DNA of 64,000 bases. It comes from Giardia intestinalis (taxonomy: Eukaryota). The notes under the pieces were generated by a model that did not search any database, was not told where the DNA came from, and worked only from the letters and a program-made list of their open reading frames with translations. A program made the translations under genes and the position numbers. Position 1 is the first letter of the stretch; each line of letters starts with the position of its first letter. The stretch is taken from the NCBI GenBank assembly GCA_000002435.2, contig CM018793.1; one strand, 5' to 3'. Positions 53,301 to 58,833 of this stretch are shown in pieces.

Positions 53301-53486
53301 CAGCCAGCAAACTTAAGCAATCAGAAAATGACTCACATCCGGATTTCTTGTAGCCCAGGAAGTAGCCAAGCTAGAGGACAGCTCTTTGTAGAGACTAAAG
53401 ATGTCCTTTTCATATGGGATGTTATTAGTGGATATAAGAAGTACGTTCCGCCGGCGGGCGTTAGCAAGGTTGTGTGCCACGAGTGA
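41382..53486 (+). CDS. giant ASH/MSP-like repeat protein, candidate HYDIN-like axonemal central-pair protein (4034 aa)
   Basis: Single 12.1-kb ORF, ATG verified and preceded by 'gctaaaatgtaaaaattgaatcc'. Recurring ~100-aa units begin with ASH-domain-like signatures: 'LSFGNLIPGYPITKDLVITNKGTEDGQFTIKI', 'MAFDLGTVTVGTKVVRYFKIANDLKSFIKIEL', 'IDYGLINIGKVSRVSCTIANKSTEIECYF', 'VNFGIKVSDSSYKQSVAVY', 'IFPNTAVGVPSRCLFYIRNLG'. No P-loop, so dynein, midasin and VPS13 are excluded. Confidence 0.5.
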   Translation: MKALSLSPSKVEFLGVTTGRVYTKAVKIINVSKSSIKVRMNAPTTESFRLQADVEANLPPGLSQTIHISFYTEDTVGSEYHDSVVIYSMHEQLELPLFAEKCRPHLFPDTSHLSFGNLIPGYPITKDLVITNKGTEDGQFTIKIDASEEEFARGSQSDIPPLSKILSFSTMTGRVPCGKAVTVRATIVCNKTGAYRGIVRLIDQYKSEELIDVSCSIIEPGLVYYHYLDDLSKSEAITSKFSTTRLSTFETKTFDPDDPRSKPRTLVPLDIWKCQAIFQEETTKKIVAQNVSPYVMNYEFQVEVRDKKPLCDIGKKKLKAGETEETVAAAQMLEDISFIRIEPSAGVLQPGEKVEIQLTFAPRLDLNRIERVCRFMSNTTLREWRRIFSFVAKQGKNKGTTNTDDDSDLDSFDTTLIEKMSDDELKQFGTEFRFFKTNLDNIAYVYEVRTKCSASSLHKTFTDATFFSVSAMATRPLVSISDTVMHFSAAQAQKNFSVKNVSVERVKLRIVAPSPYHIDDPLNHNELTTFLLPKEQRIFYLFYNPKSMTAFNDYMYLYLGETDYYQVTVSLVTNKDKEMTTRLKNVKAVLDTGNKRTVEGMALGDRKLLNATELKKYKEEQRLACDKTYNANKLKIAGKAKQEGRRTLAQGGMAAESSKLYNYNRMYLDKDSDSSEEDDAKYKTISQTGELSTSGLAGATTKQPGMERAMEVSSSAAKPSAKLSSYNDALDLGMEPEYGDNDYDSNYCNKRKKSRVAEELDQLDRDHGTTVVLQPKKRATLANDTTAPVKLFGPSNYDNLELLRISQDIKELSTRELALISTGPMAFDLGTVTVGTKVVRYFKIANDLKSFIKIELKTTQRSVNDEKQRKREVELVEDSSSEDFMPGETLPSDLGFQLGVPDMKKLKQPPATVPLSSARAQSVPNLMDRPSDGGTDARSTFVHQISPLKAAKVEVQPYIQYLPPGSMAGFPISIKFVNITPNYADIIKIYINDKEYGVINLTASIKKPTLRLNIKAYTQLKEARDLIEKYANLLMRSTSDRGRDERERDASTPISASTTQFKSQMMSDIIYFELTPANIYDKVIQRNISIINTGTAPTALALAVGADCVFSRNCVAGGDFQAQPLSISGSYSNSTVTEGLKKSSSSASITKASTVVHSAVDVFALSETEVKNFQSESNKSVLLTWCPSNAEITAGILTIQATKADMLYVPVIAHLLPGKASFLEKFIDYGLINIGKVSRVSCTIANKSTEIECYFELVEDDIVSASITEPGRNHLTVDVTRGRLGPGERLQLQVSLTTRVLGPVSTKLCFRIIGGEQIELPVRALVESPQIIVSEAIEGRSSLTVMPSPSMISMTGTVCSSPGKSVTKSRTTSRQSKQNPHGSPAGSLGGTNRVKVKCQNILPESDSESEDLTFTQPLLISPSHISFNEGVTQSIPTLKKFKVTNVSRVPADLFVDCTLSQYITLVSEIGVSDSGGDAGVISTLITKNDLLERFRLLSDTHILQSFQPLKASQDVEYSLSTYINENSGLGVTESLLRAQSKLVDRLAQKHNLPVFPGTNDIDYQSYTASLLNLNEIPDIDGSGKLKQPSELMGVSSSNADYNRVMHIYIPPGSSTTLIMSILALDQKAAVNDCVFFYLLGQTTCSEILSDPSSISVQKSAPSIGSDVGVRRASRKSSEINADVLKELDSSFLPASRKSVRESTGKSESTLNTLKAVAGGKELSNVLILSYSITPAAIFTSTSLVNFGIKVSDSSYKQSVAVYPPMFRDIFQKLLAHTGFGGPTTGSGDESAATSLAGTTELSGDRFHAIARELPFISQMALSGLYYQDVNLINQTNKVILFVALVTDYNDQLLSTKLYALNQPFGKIQPYDNVSVRVFFSPTKVGVHNAKLKVYYMEVVTGDGEASTHSEAAPASSEQKTLAFSNDISNTPRNMSPEISFFCNKGFVLSNYLTIHLQSVAVFRTIAFSANPVIFPNTAVGVPSRCLFYIRNLGYKHNVKLTITFPPELSKIAFCVIWPLGNIINHMIKTLPVLITFISNTVMSFSSRCVISDDTGTPYNLTIGGNCANDPYLLREYLRVNSKRLQQSTPLQALAQSAALMEPSVDASADGFQKEFYDLVPRSVDPYSLTTPEFGIYHSYSQLTEICKADETDPILRKYGLNKNVLLALESINCNTLVEFSEYSKALGLEEVFHNIQNKKDAFLAVGVSPWDDESIARVKSFTLINYTSKKPDAQPLGTDRSDKQSSTRALGSTKDKQKSLFQHIRRMVFGPYATTEYPRYSNANNRLAFYWHFIFRTVGLNSESCLTPYIPFIPDVVGLSTENNITISFMIQTLYLLLNLRLNTNLPFPAQFTQSTSKTSPFLLWACGILKKDISINPKTLQNLPSINKLRVEFLHSCYDDMLTALKINGAMLNNIPCELLMAREDFLNWCKWSIAKVSRNSYTSALADVVNLDQQPPGDKDVGRPHEKSAKLQSSVHNKMKHSIAPAASVLPTDEFEPQLVSPMITQTSSLVILDILRAVHEFSHRSAWYFVLSELVRLFILNTTSNAKVLEANIQKHRVWVSNEAIEFELSKGIFDIKCQKESIADFFAKFDAFSKATKLNENGCLLYLFTYHASYMIHGTEFQEIVVNQKYTAPAKADIKDKKNIVTRSQLALQKSTKRIVQDSAIDTLAGTCKEEPQGSLSPRRSARGTPNFYVLKSSRALFSGLEVGLTILSHYPYCDGIRRRAEELMNASVAIAKSFLELGISNFTPDYILNLKIKIPELTDRMFSALESARSALWLEIEQFLRLEFNISLLPSSLYMTSPSSTFDYSHNVAYTNALATNHQILATLLYQVLPSYLPYKALRVLSNLGDTVTQPLEVSNVMKSSSIKYKTSILYPRSDDVSAGGPSCEIKLNTSMLTIEPRMSSTLFIKMTPRFAKPCVALIGLRPSYEVSSQTSSGSFLAPSFVAVVIETNDTVPVKVYEVESKCQQQAKISIDVDNKNGLEANYKIRITEKFVALDSASLSASVKPKKVFGYMEPLTTQAAKTVNPADKKVPDTVVQPLCGVTVSPIAFKTNERSLNIKPRGRQAMNLYYMPTHPGAYIASVIFEDANLGSFMYELRGYSILPDISHTYNISSLATESRTFNIDINDLLGHDLVHKYVNHELKQVVDTKQTDDGKQAQMIQLTSSIDPLNKVFTLKYVSRPNVEPDVHAFRFLIATDTFTKQGLIYLNLLKRQEEIQMEMIVPARETVSQKLPVRNTMDNDCLMSVTITSQGQNALQRAGRGGAQKQQLSSLISYFWVNGQAMTDGVPFTMLVRPHDSPFILLEFKPKWIALFNAKLVIENSTKDLLVDEYLLKCQATEPLTSGIINLETVAMEPVVYKFTISSPPLLETGQASNLQQQQAQQLTRYTVYLQDKKAVFELSHSSFDLAPGTSQVVELRGFSPCSGQSKNILFIQNNGTNTYEWYEVVLHVKPRECSGVVELQTSTNLNARHEFSITNTRSDVYANVNVEVMNIPYYLLSFSPSMQIEPGDTQSLILNVRPTCRGVLKGVVIFNSMELGEFWYELVVTCNELTVKEETIYSLLSAQVSSKIMIENPNPTTALTYTIENSNHNAFTSHPKSSFIVQHSSQEIVKINYRPTKVNLPEIGEFYVSGVDSKGVIQSEYKYVFRGIGQMPKEQTITKIYANVGSSNAGVVTFKNPFLTSSLLRFEYENSPDLQFNIRPEMIIQPFCDVQLPFTFTPKSLKLVKAKFLVHVQQLADTEAGIDTAEILKMGEETFTTLLNKSEVYTFTYPIEATAEIVLNETFAFMACSARNSVSVSKPVPFDSLARYSAGDMSFYIEPIDTRTLKPDSAFYIAQKSIQFFYRPSGSMSPSGSTRLPQVLGGIGSAPQISLSFTPMKPFACDVNMIISIRNSGRYKLPLQLVANTPKPEGTITVELANSNTEGEYILKICNIYNVYTEYKASFSPTSSERFSVSPSSGILEPAQPANLSNQKMTHIRISCSPGSSQARGQLFVETKDVLFIWDVISGYKKYVPPAGVSKVVCHE

Positions 53487-53493
53487 TCACGCT

Positions 53494-54948
53494 CTAGTCT
53501 GCCCCGAATAGATCGCGCACGTGGTCCTCAGGTCTTCTTCTTTCATGGACGGAACTCTGTGCAGTTCTTCCGTTATCCTTCCCTTGAATAACCCGTTTTC
53601 TGGTACCTATTGGGGTCTTTTCTAAAGCTACTTCTGGAGCAGACTGGGGAGCTGGGGTATTGAGAGATGTGTTGGCGAACTTTGCCTTGTCGTAAAGAGC
53701 CTTATCTATGTAAAACCCATGCATGTAAGGTATACAGAGAGAGGAGTCTGCCACTAAGTCCAACCCAACCCTCTCCAGATCCTCCTTGGTCACAAAGTAG
53801 AGCCCTTCGTATGAGCTTGTAAGCGCGTTTGTGGACATGTCTGCAGCAAGGTCGTCCAAGAATGCAGCAAAGACAGGAGATGGTCCGAGCTCAGGGACAT
53901 AGAAGGTATTAACGACCATGTCCTCACACGGAACCATCAGCAGGCCAGACTCAGGAAAGACGGTAAAGGAGTTAATGGTCACATCTGGTTCAATAACGCA
54001 GAACAGCTTGCTTTTGCTAGTAGTTGAAGCTGTGCTCTCGTCTGGCCTGAACATGCGTATGGAGCGACTATCGGCAGAGATAAGTGTATGCGTGGAGTAA
54101 CTTGTGTGGAAGCATATCTCTCTAATTGGAAGGTCGGAGTGATGTGTAAATTGATGAAGAGGATGGGATGAGCGTATGTCATAGAGAATAACATCAGACT
54201 CACTGGTACCGGCAGCAATCTGCAGACCGGTTTTGTCAACAGCAACCGCGGTACCTTCGTTTTCCAGCGCTATGCTAGAAACAATGCCTCCCTTTGTCCT
54301 GGCGTCATAGGTGCTCAGTGAGTGGCCATCAGCTGCAAAGGTAAGGCAAGTCTCGGGAGAGTAGACAAGTGCATTGACTCCAAATGCATCAGAAGAGATG
54401 AGCTTCCGCGAAAAAGATGGTGTGTCCCAGGATGTGCGAAAGCGGCCTTCTTGCAGGTCCACTCTGTAGATTTGTCCCCCAACTCCACCAACAATCAATT
54501 GGGGCGTGTGGCAGTCAAATGCAGAACACCTAGGGGGCCTAGGAATACGCATCTTGTACAGTTTCCCACCCTTGTTGTGAAATTCTAAGTTTCGATCTAT
54601 TTCGACAAGGGCCATGAGCTGATAATCATCGGAAAGAAAGTGGAAATCGACAATCTCCGAGTCTGTGTTCCGCTGAACCTTGAGGCCCGTGTTTCCCAAA
54701 TCGTAAAGCCGCAGCATAGGAGGATAGCATCCGCATGCAGCGAAATACTGACAATCATTGGAAAACCGAGCCTTGGTTGTTAGAGTGGGGAACGTGAGGT
54801 CTTGCAAAACATCAATCCGCTGCTTGTTCGTAGGTGCTTCTTGCATGTTCTTTCGTTCCTGCTTTGAGAGGAAGGCTGGGATGCCCTTTCCGGGCGTCAC
54901 GTTGAAGACTTTCACGTTATTGACAGTTGTTGTGACGAGGAGCGACAT
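53494..54948 (-). CDS. NOL10: nucleolar protein 10 (NOL10/Enp2) homolog
   Basis: 'FLSDDYQLMALVEIDRNLEFHNKGGKLYKMRIPRPPRCSAFDCHTPQLIVGGVGGQIYRVDLQEGRF' aligns with human NOL10 'ILSDDYSKIVFLHNDRYIEFHSQSGFYYKTRIPKFGRDFSYHYPSCDLYFVGASSEVYRLNLEQGRY'. Also 'LISADSRSIRMF'/'ILSADSRIVKMW' and 'YFVTKEDLERVGLD'/'KFVTKKDLENLGLT'. The track start at 54951 is TTG. The ATG is at 54948. Confidence 0.8.
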   Translation of the reverse strand: MSLLVTTTVNNVKVFNVTPGKGIPAFLSKQERKNMQEAPTNKQRIDVLQDLTFPTLTTKARFSNDCQYFAACGCYPPMLRLYDLGNTGLKVQRNTDSEIVDFHFLSDDYQLMALVEIDRNLEFHNKGGKLYKMRIPRPPRCSAFDCHTPQLIVGGVGGQIYRVDLQEGRFRTSWDTPSFSRKLISSDAFGVNALVYSPETCLTFAADGHSLSTYDARTKGGIVSSIALENEGTAVAVDKTGLQIAAGTSESDVILYDIRSSHPLHQFTHHSDLPIREICFHTSYSTHTLISADSRSIRMFRPDESTASTTSKSKLFCVIEPDVTINSFTVFPESGLLMVPCEDMVVNTFYVPELGPSPVFAAFLDDLAADMSTNALTSSYEGLYFVTKEDLERVGLDLVADSSLCIPYMHGFYIDKALYDKAKFANTSLNTPAPQSAPEVALEKTPIGTRKRVIQGKDNGRTAQSSVHERRRPEDHVRDLFGAD

Positions 54949-54994
54949 CAATTAATTGCATAATAGAAAGAATTCACAATGATTCCAAGAAGCG

Positions 54995-56719
54995 TCAATT
55001 GCCATAGAAACAAGCTCCGTCACGGCAGATCCCTCTTCCCTTGCATACAGTTCCATCGGCCCCAATGCACGCCGGGGTTGTGCAAACACCGTCAATGAGT
55101 TCTGCCTCTCCGTTGCAGCGGCACCGAGCAACTCCGTCCTCTGTTATGCAGTGTCCGAACCCGGCACAAACGCGCCGGACACCGTCTGCATATTCAGTAA
55201 CGCACGCATCCGGGACGCAGCCCCAGGCCAGAACTGCCGTCTCGCCTTCAGGGCATTCCCGGTTTTCACAGCGCGTACCACTGTAGCCCTCGGGACATGC
55301 ACAACCCTCGGGTCCGAGACAGAAGCCAACGCCACTACAGATGGGTTTGAAGGAAAGATCGCGATTTAGGCACTTGAAGTGGGTACATGTACTTGTTTCT
55401 AACGCAAGGTACCCATCTTCGCAGTCGCAAAGAAAGTTATAATCTTCAGGGTGTTCTGCTGAAAAGGAAACAACGCAGCCTCCATGCCCGCTGCACTCAA
55501 CAGGGTTTCCATTGGCATCATAACTTATGCAGGATAACGAGACGCACCTTTCACCGATCTGGAGTGCCTCATCGCTGCACTTCTGGCAATATGTTCCCGT
55601 AGTTATCGAGAGGCAGATGCAGCGGCGAGCCTCCATGTCGCATTGGCCCAGTCCAGAGCAGAGCTTGGGATCTCCATTTGGAAGGATGTCAGTGACACAG
55701 GAATTGGGGTAGCACTTGCCATTGTAGGGCACATACTCTGCGCGGCACACACACGTCCAGGACATACCTTCACGCTCACATGTCCCGTACGGGCACACCT
55801 CTCCGTCGACGATGCAGTTGGATGGCATGCAGACGTTCTTATCGATGAGCTCGTACCCCTCGTTGCAGGTGCATGCGTTGTTTGCGCAAACCCCGTGGTC
55901 ACCGCAGACGTGTCCGTCGGGGGAGATGCACCCATCGGTCACACACTGACCCTCAAAGTAGCGCGTACCTGCAGGGCAGTCGATAATCTTGTACTGGCAG
56001 ACGTCGCCCTCAAAGCCCTCGTCACAACGGCATGTTCTGTCTGGCTCGCAGATCCCGCGATCGCTGCAGGCCACGATCCTGTCCTCCGGCTGGGACGCAC
56101 ACGTGAATGGAACACACTTGTAGTTGTCGAGGACAGTACTCGGGTAGCAGATGCAGGAAATGATCCCGATGGGGTAGAAGAAGCAGACCCCGAAGCCCCC
56201 GCACTCGACGGTGTCGCCCTCGTGGTTCTCGCTGAGGCAACGCTGGTCGACGCAGTGGTCTTCGAAAAGGACCGCATCGGGTGCGCACTCCTCGCAGAAG
56301 GTCCCAGCGTAGAAGGGATCACAGACGCAAGCGGGCGTGCCATCCTCAGCAACACACGCTCCAGCTCCACCGCATATCTTTCCGTCGTGCACGCACTCGT
56401 CGGGAGCACACGTCGGGGAGACGCTTGTGTAGCCCTCGTCGCAAGCGCAGGAAAAGCCATCCGGGCCCCTCTTGCAGACACCGTGATCGCCGCAGACAAG
56501 CCCCATGCTATCCGTACACTCCGCAGGCGTGCACCCGGCGTTCGACAGTCTGTAGCCGTCGTCACAATAGCAATAGTTCACCATGCAGACCCCGTGGCCC
56601 GCGCAGACTGTTCCGTCGAAGACGCACGCCTCCGGGTAGCACTCCCCGTCGACCTCGATTTCGCCCTCGGGGCACGCGGAGAGGAACCCCGCTAGGAGCC
56701 CAAGAAGTACAGGAAGCAT
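54995..56719 (-). CDS. secreted cysteine-rich EGF-like repeat protein (tenascin-like / high-cysteine family)
   Basis: ATG verified. Signal peptide 'MLPVLLGLLAGFLSA'. About 13 repeats of 'C.P..C...G.VC.G.G.C......C.C..GY......C'. No C-terminal TM or CRGKA tail. The gene is locally GC-rich. Confidence 0.6.
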   Translation of the reverse strand: MLPVLLGLLAGFLSACPEGEIEVDGECYPEACVFDGTVCAGHGVCMVNYCYCDDGYRLSNAGCTPAECTDSMGLVCGDHGVCKRGPDGFSCACDEGYTSVSPTCAPDECVHDGKICGGAGACVAEDGTPACVCDPFYAGTFCEECAPDAVLFEDHCVDQRCLSENHEGDTVECGGFGVCFFYPIGIISCICYPSTVLDNYKCVPFTCASQPEDRIVACSDRGICEPDRTCRCDEGFEGDVCQYKIIDCPAGTRYFEGQCVTDGCISPDGHVCGDHGVCANNACTCNEGYELIDKNVCMPSNCIVDGEVCPYGTCEREGMSWTCVCRAEYVPYNGKCYPNSCVTDILPNGDPKLCSGLGQCDMEARRCICLSITTGTYCQKCSDEALQIGERCVSLSCISYDANGNPVECSGHGGCVVSFSAEHPEDYNFLCDCEDGYLALETSTCTHFKCLNRDLSFKPICSGVGFCLGPEGCACPEGYSGTRCENRECPEGETAVLAWGCVPDACVTEYADGVRRVCAGFGHCITEDGVARCRCNGEAELIDGVCTTPACIGADGTVCKGRGICRDGACFYGN

Positions 56720-56905
56720 TTGTTTTTGCTAGTCTGCTACAAAGTTGATCACTCGTTTTGTGTGGTCACAATTTTGTTCACGGAGGTAATAAAAATACCA
56801 GGCATAGCAGGGGCAGCTGTAACAATTAGAAGCCTAAGCGATGACATCTCTTTGTCTGCTATCAGACTTTAAATAATTCCATTTAGCTGCTTTAAGCTGT
56901 GCTGC

Positions 56906-58804
56906 ATGGATGTAAATTATACCATGAAGGTGCCAGTCCAACAGCAGGATGCCAGACGACGAAGACAGTGGCTCAACACCTCGGACAACTCTAAGCTTGT
57001 CTTTCGCAGAGAGCTCCTCGAATCTGCAGATAGCGTTGCTTTGAAGACGGAGCGTTCGGTTGCGCCAATCCGCAAACAGGATGGGGCTCTTTTTGAGAAC
57101 GGCAAGTCGTTTTCTGAGCTAGGTATTCACGAGCAGATCTGTGAGATATTGAAAAGTAAGCTCCAGGTTCATAATCCGACGTTTATTCAGCAGCAAGCAA
57201 TTCCGCGAATAATGAGTGGAGAGGACGTTATAATCAAGGCACAGACCGGGTCAGGAAAGACCCTTGCATTCCTTCTCCCTGTTTTGACCAAGCTATTTAC
57301 CGACTATCAGCAACGGGGTCCGTCCTCGTTCAAGCGGGAGGAGTGGGCTTCGAAGGTCTTGATTGTTAGCCCCACAAAGGAGCTTGCCATGCAATCGGAG
57401 CTGGTGGTTGCAAGCCTCCTCTCACGGACTGTGATGGTTTCGGGGTCCTTGATTGGTGCCGTGCCTAGAGACAAAGAGAAGGCTAGTCTCCGTAAAGGAA
57501 TTACCGTGATATCTGGAACACCGGGGAGGATCCAGGATCACCTCAATCAGACTGCCTGCTTCAAGCTGACGAATATACAGGTCGTTGTTCTGGACGAATG
57601 TGACCAGCTGATTTCTCACGGGTTCTCCTCTGCTTTGCAGGCCATTTTGTCCCATGCACGTAAAGCTAACCCAAAATTGCAAGTGATCTTGGCCTCTGCG
57701 ACGGCGGATCGTCGCGTCCTAGACTTTGTTCGAAGCAGTGTTCGCGAAGCAATCCCAATAGGAGATTTATTTTCAGCTGAACCGGTAAACCCTCAACCAG
57801 AAGCTGGGCTTGCCAAGGCGGTTACACCTGCGTCTCTTGAACAAAGGTTTTGCATAGTGCCGAGTAAGATGCGGCTTGCCCTCCTAATCTCTACCCTTGC
57901 TTTCGAGACGGTGAAGGCTAGCGAGTCCAAAACTGCTGTACGGATCCTTGTGTTTGCAGAGACCAAGGACGTGTGCTCTTTGTTGAACGAGATCTTGATG
58001 CGGCTTTCCGAGGCAGAGACATCTGAAGATCACTTCATACTAGCTAAGATCTTTCATCTTCACGGGTCTCTGGGGGTTGAAGATCGCCAGATTGTCTGGC
58101 ACAAGTTCTTGGAGTCTGGTGGGATTCTGGTGGCCACTGATGTGGCGGCGCGTGGCCTAAATCTAGGATCAGGAGCACTGTCATCGGGGCTGCACGGAGT
58201 CGACCTTGTTATTCAATTTGAAGCACCTTCATCGTGTGAGCAGTACGTGCACAGAGTTGGCCGTGCAGGTCGTATGGGACAACGTGGAAGGTCCATTCTT
58301 TTTCTCCTTGAAAATGAAGCTGGCCTCGTGCCATTGCTGGGCAGTTATGGTATTGCTCTTGCAGCTACTCCCGTTGACGCCCTTGCGGAGCGGGTCCTTG
58401 AGTACAGAAAGCCAATTCGATTGATGGAAAGGGTACAGGCTAAAGTTGAGGAGCTGATTGCGGGCGACAAGGAGCTTCGCCACATGGCCGTGCAAGCATT
58501 CTCAATGTATATCCGGGGGTACTCCATGAAGTCCTCAGATGTACGCCACATTTTCAATCTGAAGAGCTTGCACCTGGGACATATAGCGAAAGGATTTGGA
58601 CTATCCGAGCCTCCATCTAAGGTCTTGGGGGAGTTTCGGCCATCCAAGAAGCAGATCAAGGAGGCGCGGATGGAGAGGCTTGCAAAGGTGCATGGAGTTA
58701 AGATGAAGAGCAAGTGCAATCCACGCCTCAAGACGAAGTTTGACGCGTCGGAAAGAGACAACAGACCGGTCTTTAAGGAACAATACTCTTTACCGAATAA
58801 ATAG
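56906..58804 (+). CDS. DEAD/DECD-box ATP-dependent RNA helicase
   Basis: Q motif 'FIQQQAIP'; motif I 'AQTGSGKTLAF'; Ia 'PTKELA'; Ib 'TPGRI'; II 'VLDECDQL'; III 'SAT'; V 'LVATDVAARGLN'; VI 'HRVGRAGR'. ATG verified. Confidence 0.85.
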   Translation: MDVNYTMKVPVQQQDARRRRQWLNTSDNSKLVFRRELLESADSVALKTERSVAPIRKQDGALFENGKSFSELGIHEQICEILKSKLQVHNPTFIQQQAIPRIMSGEDVIIKAQTGSGKTLAFLLPVLTKLFTDYQQRGPSSFKREEWASKVLIVSPTKELAMQSELVVASLLSRTVMVSGSLIGAVPRDKEKASLRKGITVISGTPGRIQDHLNQTACFKLTNIQVVVLDECDQLISHGFSSALQAILSHARKANPKLQVILASATADRRVLDFVRSSVREAIPIGDLFSAEPVNPQPEAGLAKAVTPASLEQRFCIVPSKMRLALLISTLAFETVKASESKTAVRILVFAETKDVCSLLNEILMRLSEAETSEDHFILAKIFHLHGSLGVEDRQIVWHKFLESGGILVATDVAARGLNLGSGALSSGLHGVDLVIQFEAPSSCEQYVHRVGRAGRMGQRGRSILFLLENEAGLVPLLGSYGIALAATPVDALAERVLEYRKPIRLMERVQAKVEELIAGDKELRHMAVQAFSMYIRGYSMKSSDVRHIFNLKSLHLGHIAKGFGLSEPPSKVLGEFRPSKKQIKEARMERLAKVHGVKMKSKCNPRLKTKFDASERDNRPVFKEQYSLPNK

Positions 58805-58833
58805 TCAAATACCTTAAATATCTTAAAAACTCT

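Noticed and set aside
55643-56695. 350-aa plus-strand ORF, and the 208-aa and 155-aa ORFs at 55939-56565 and 56281-56748, overlapping the cysteine-rich gene
   Set aside because: They lie entirely antisense to or out of frame with a gene that has clear EGF-repeat periodicity. Their Ala/Arg/Val/Gly/Pro-rich low-complexity translation is the expected by-product of GC-rich Cys/Gly codons. There is no AT-rich initiator.
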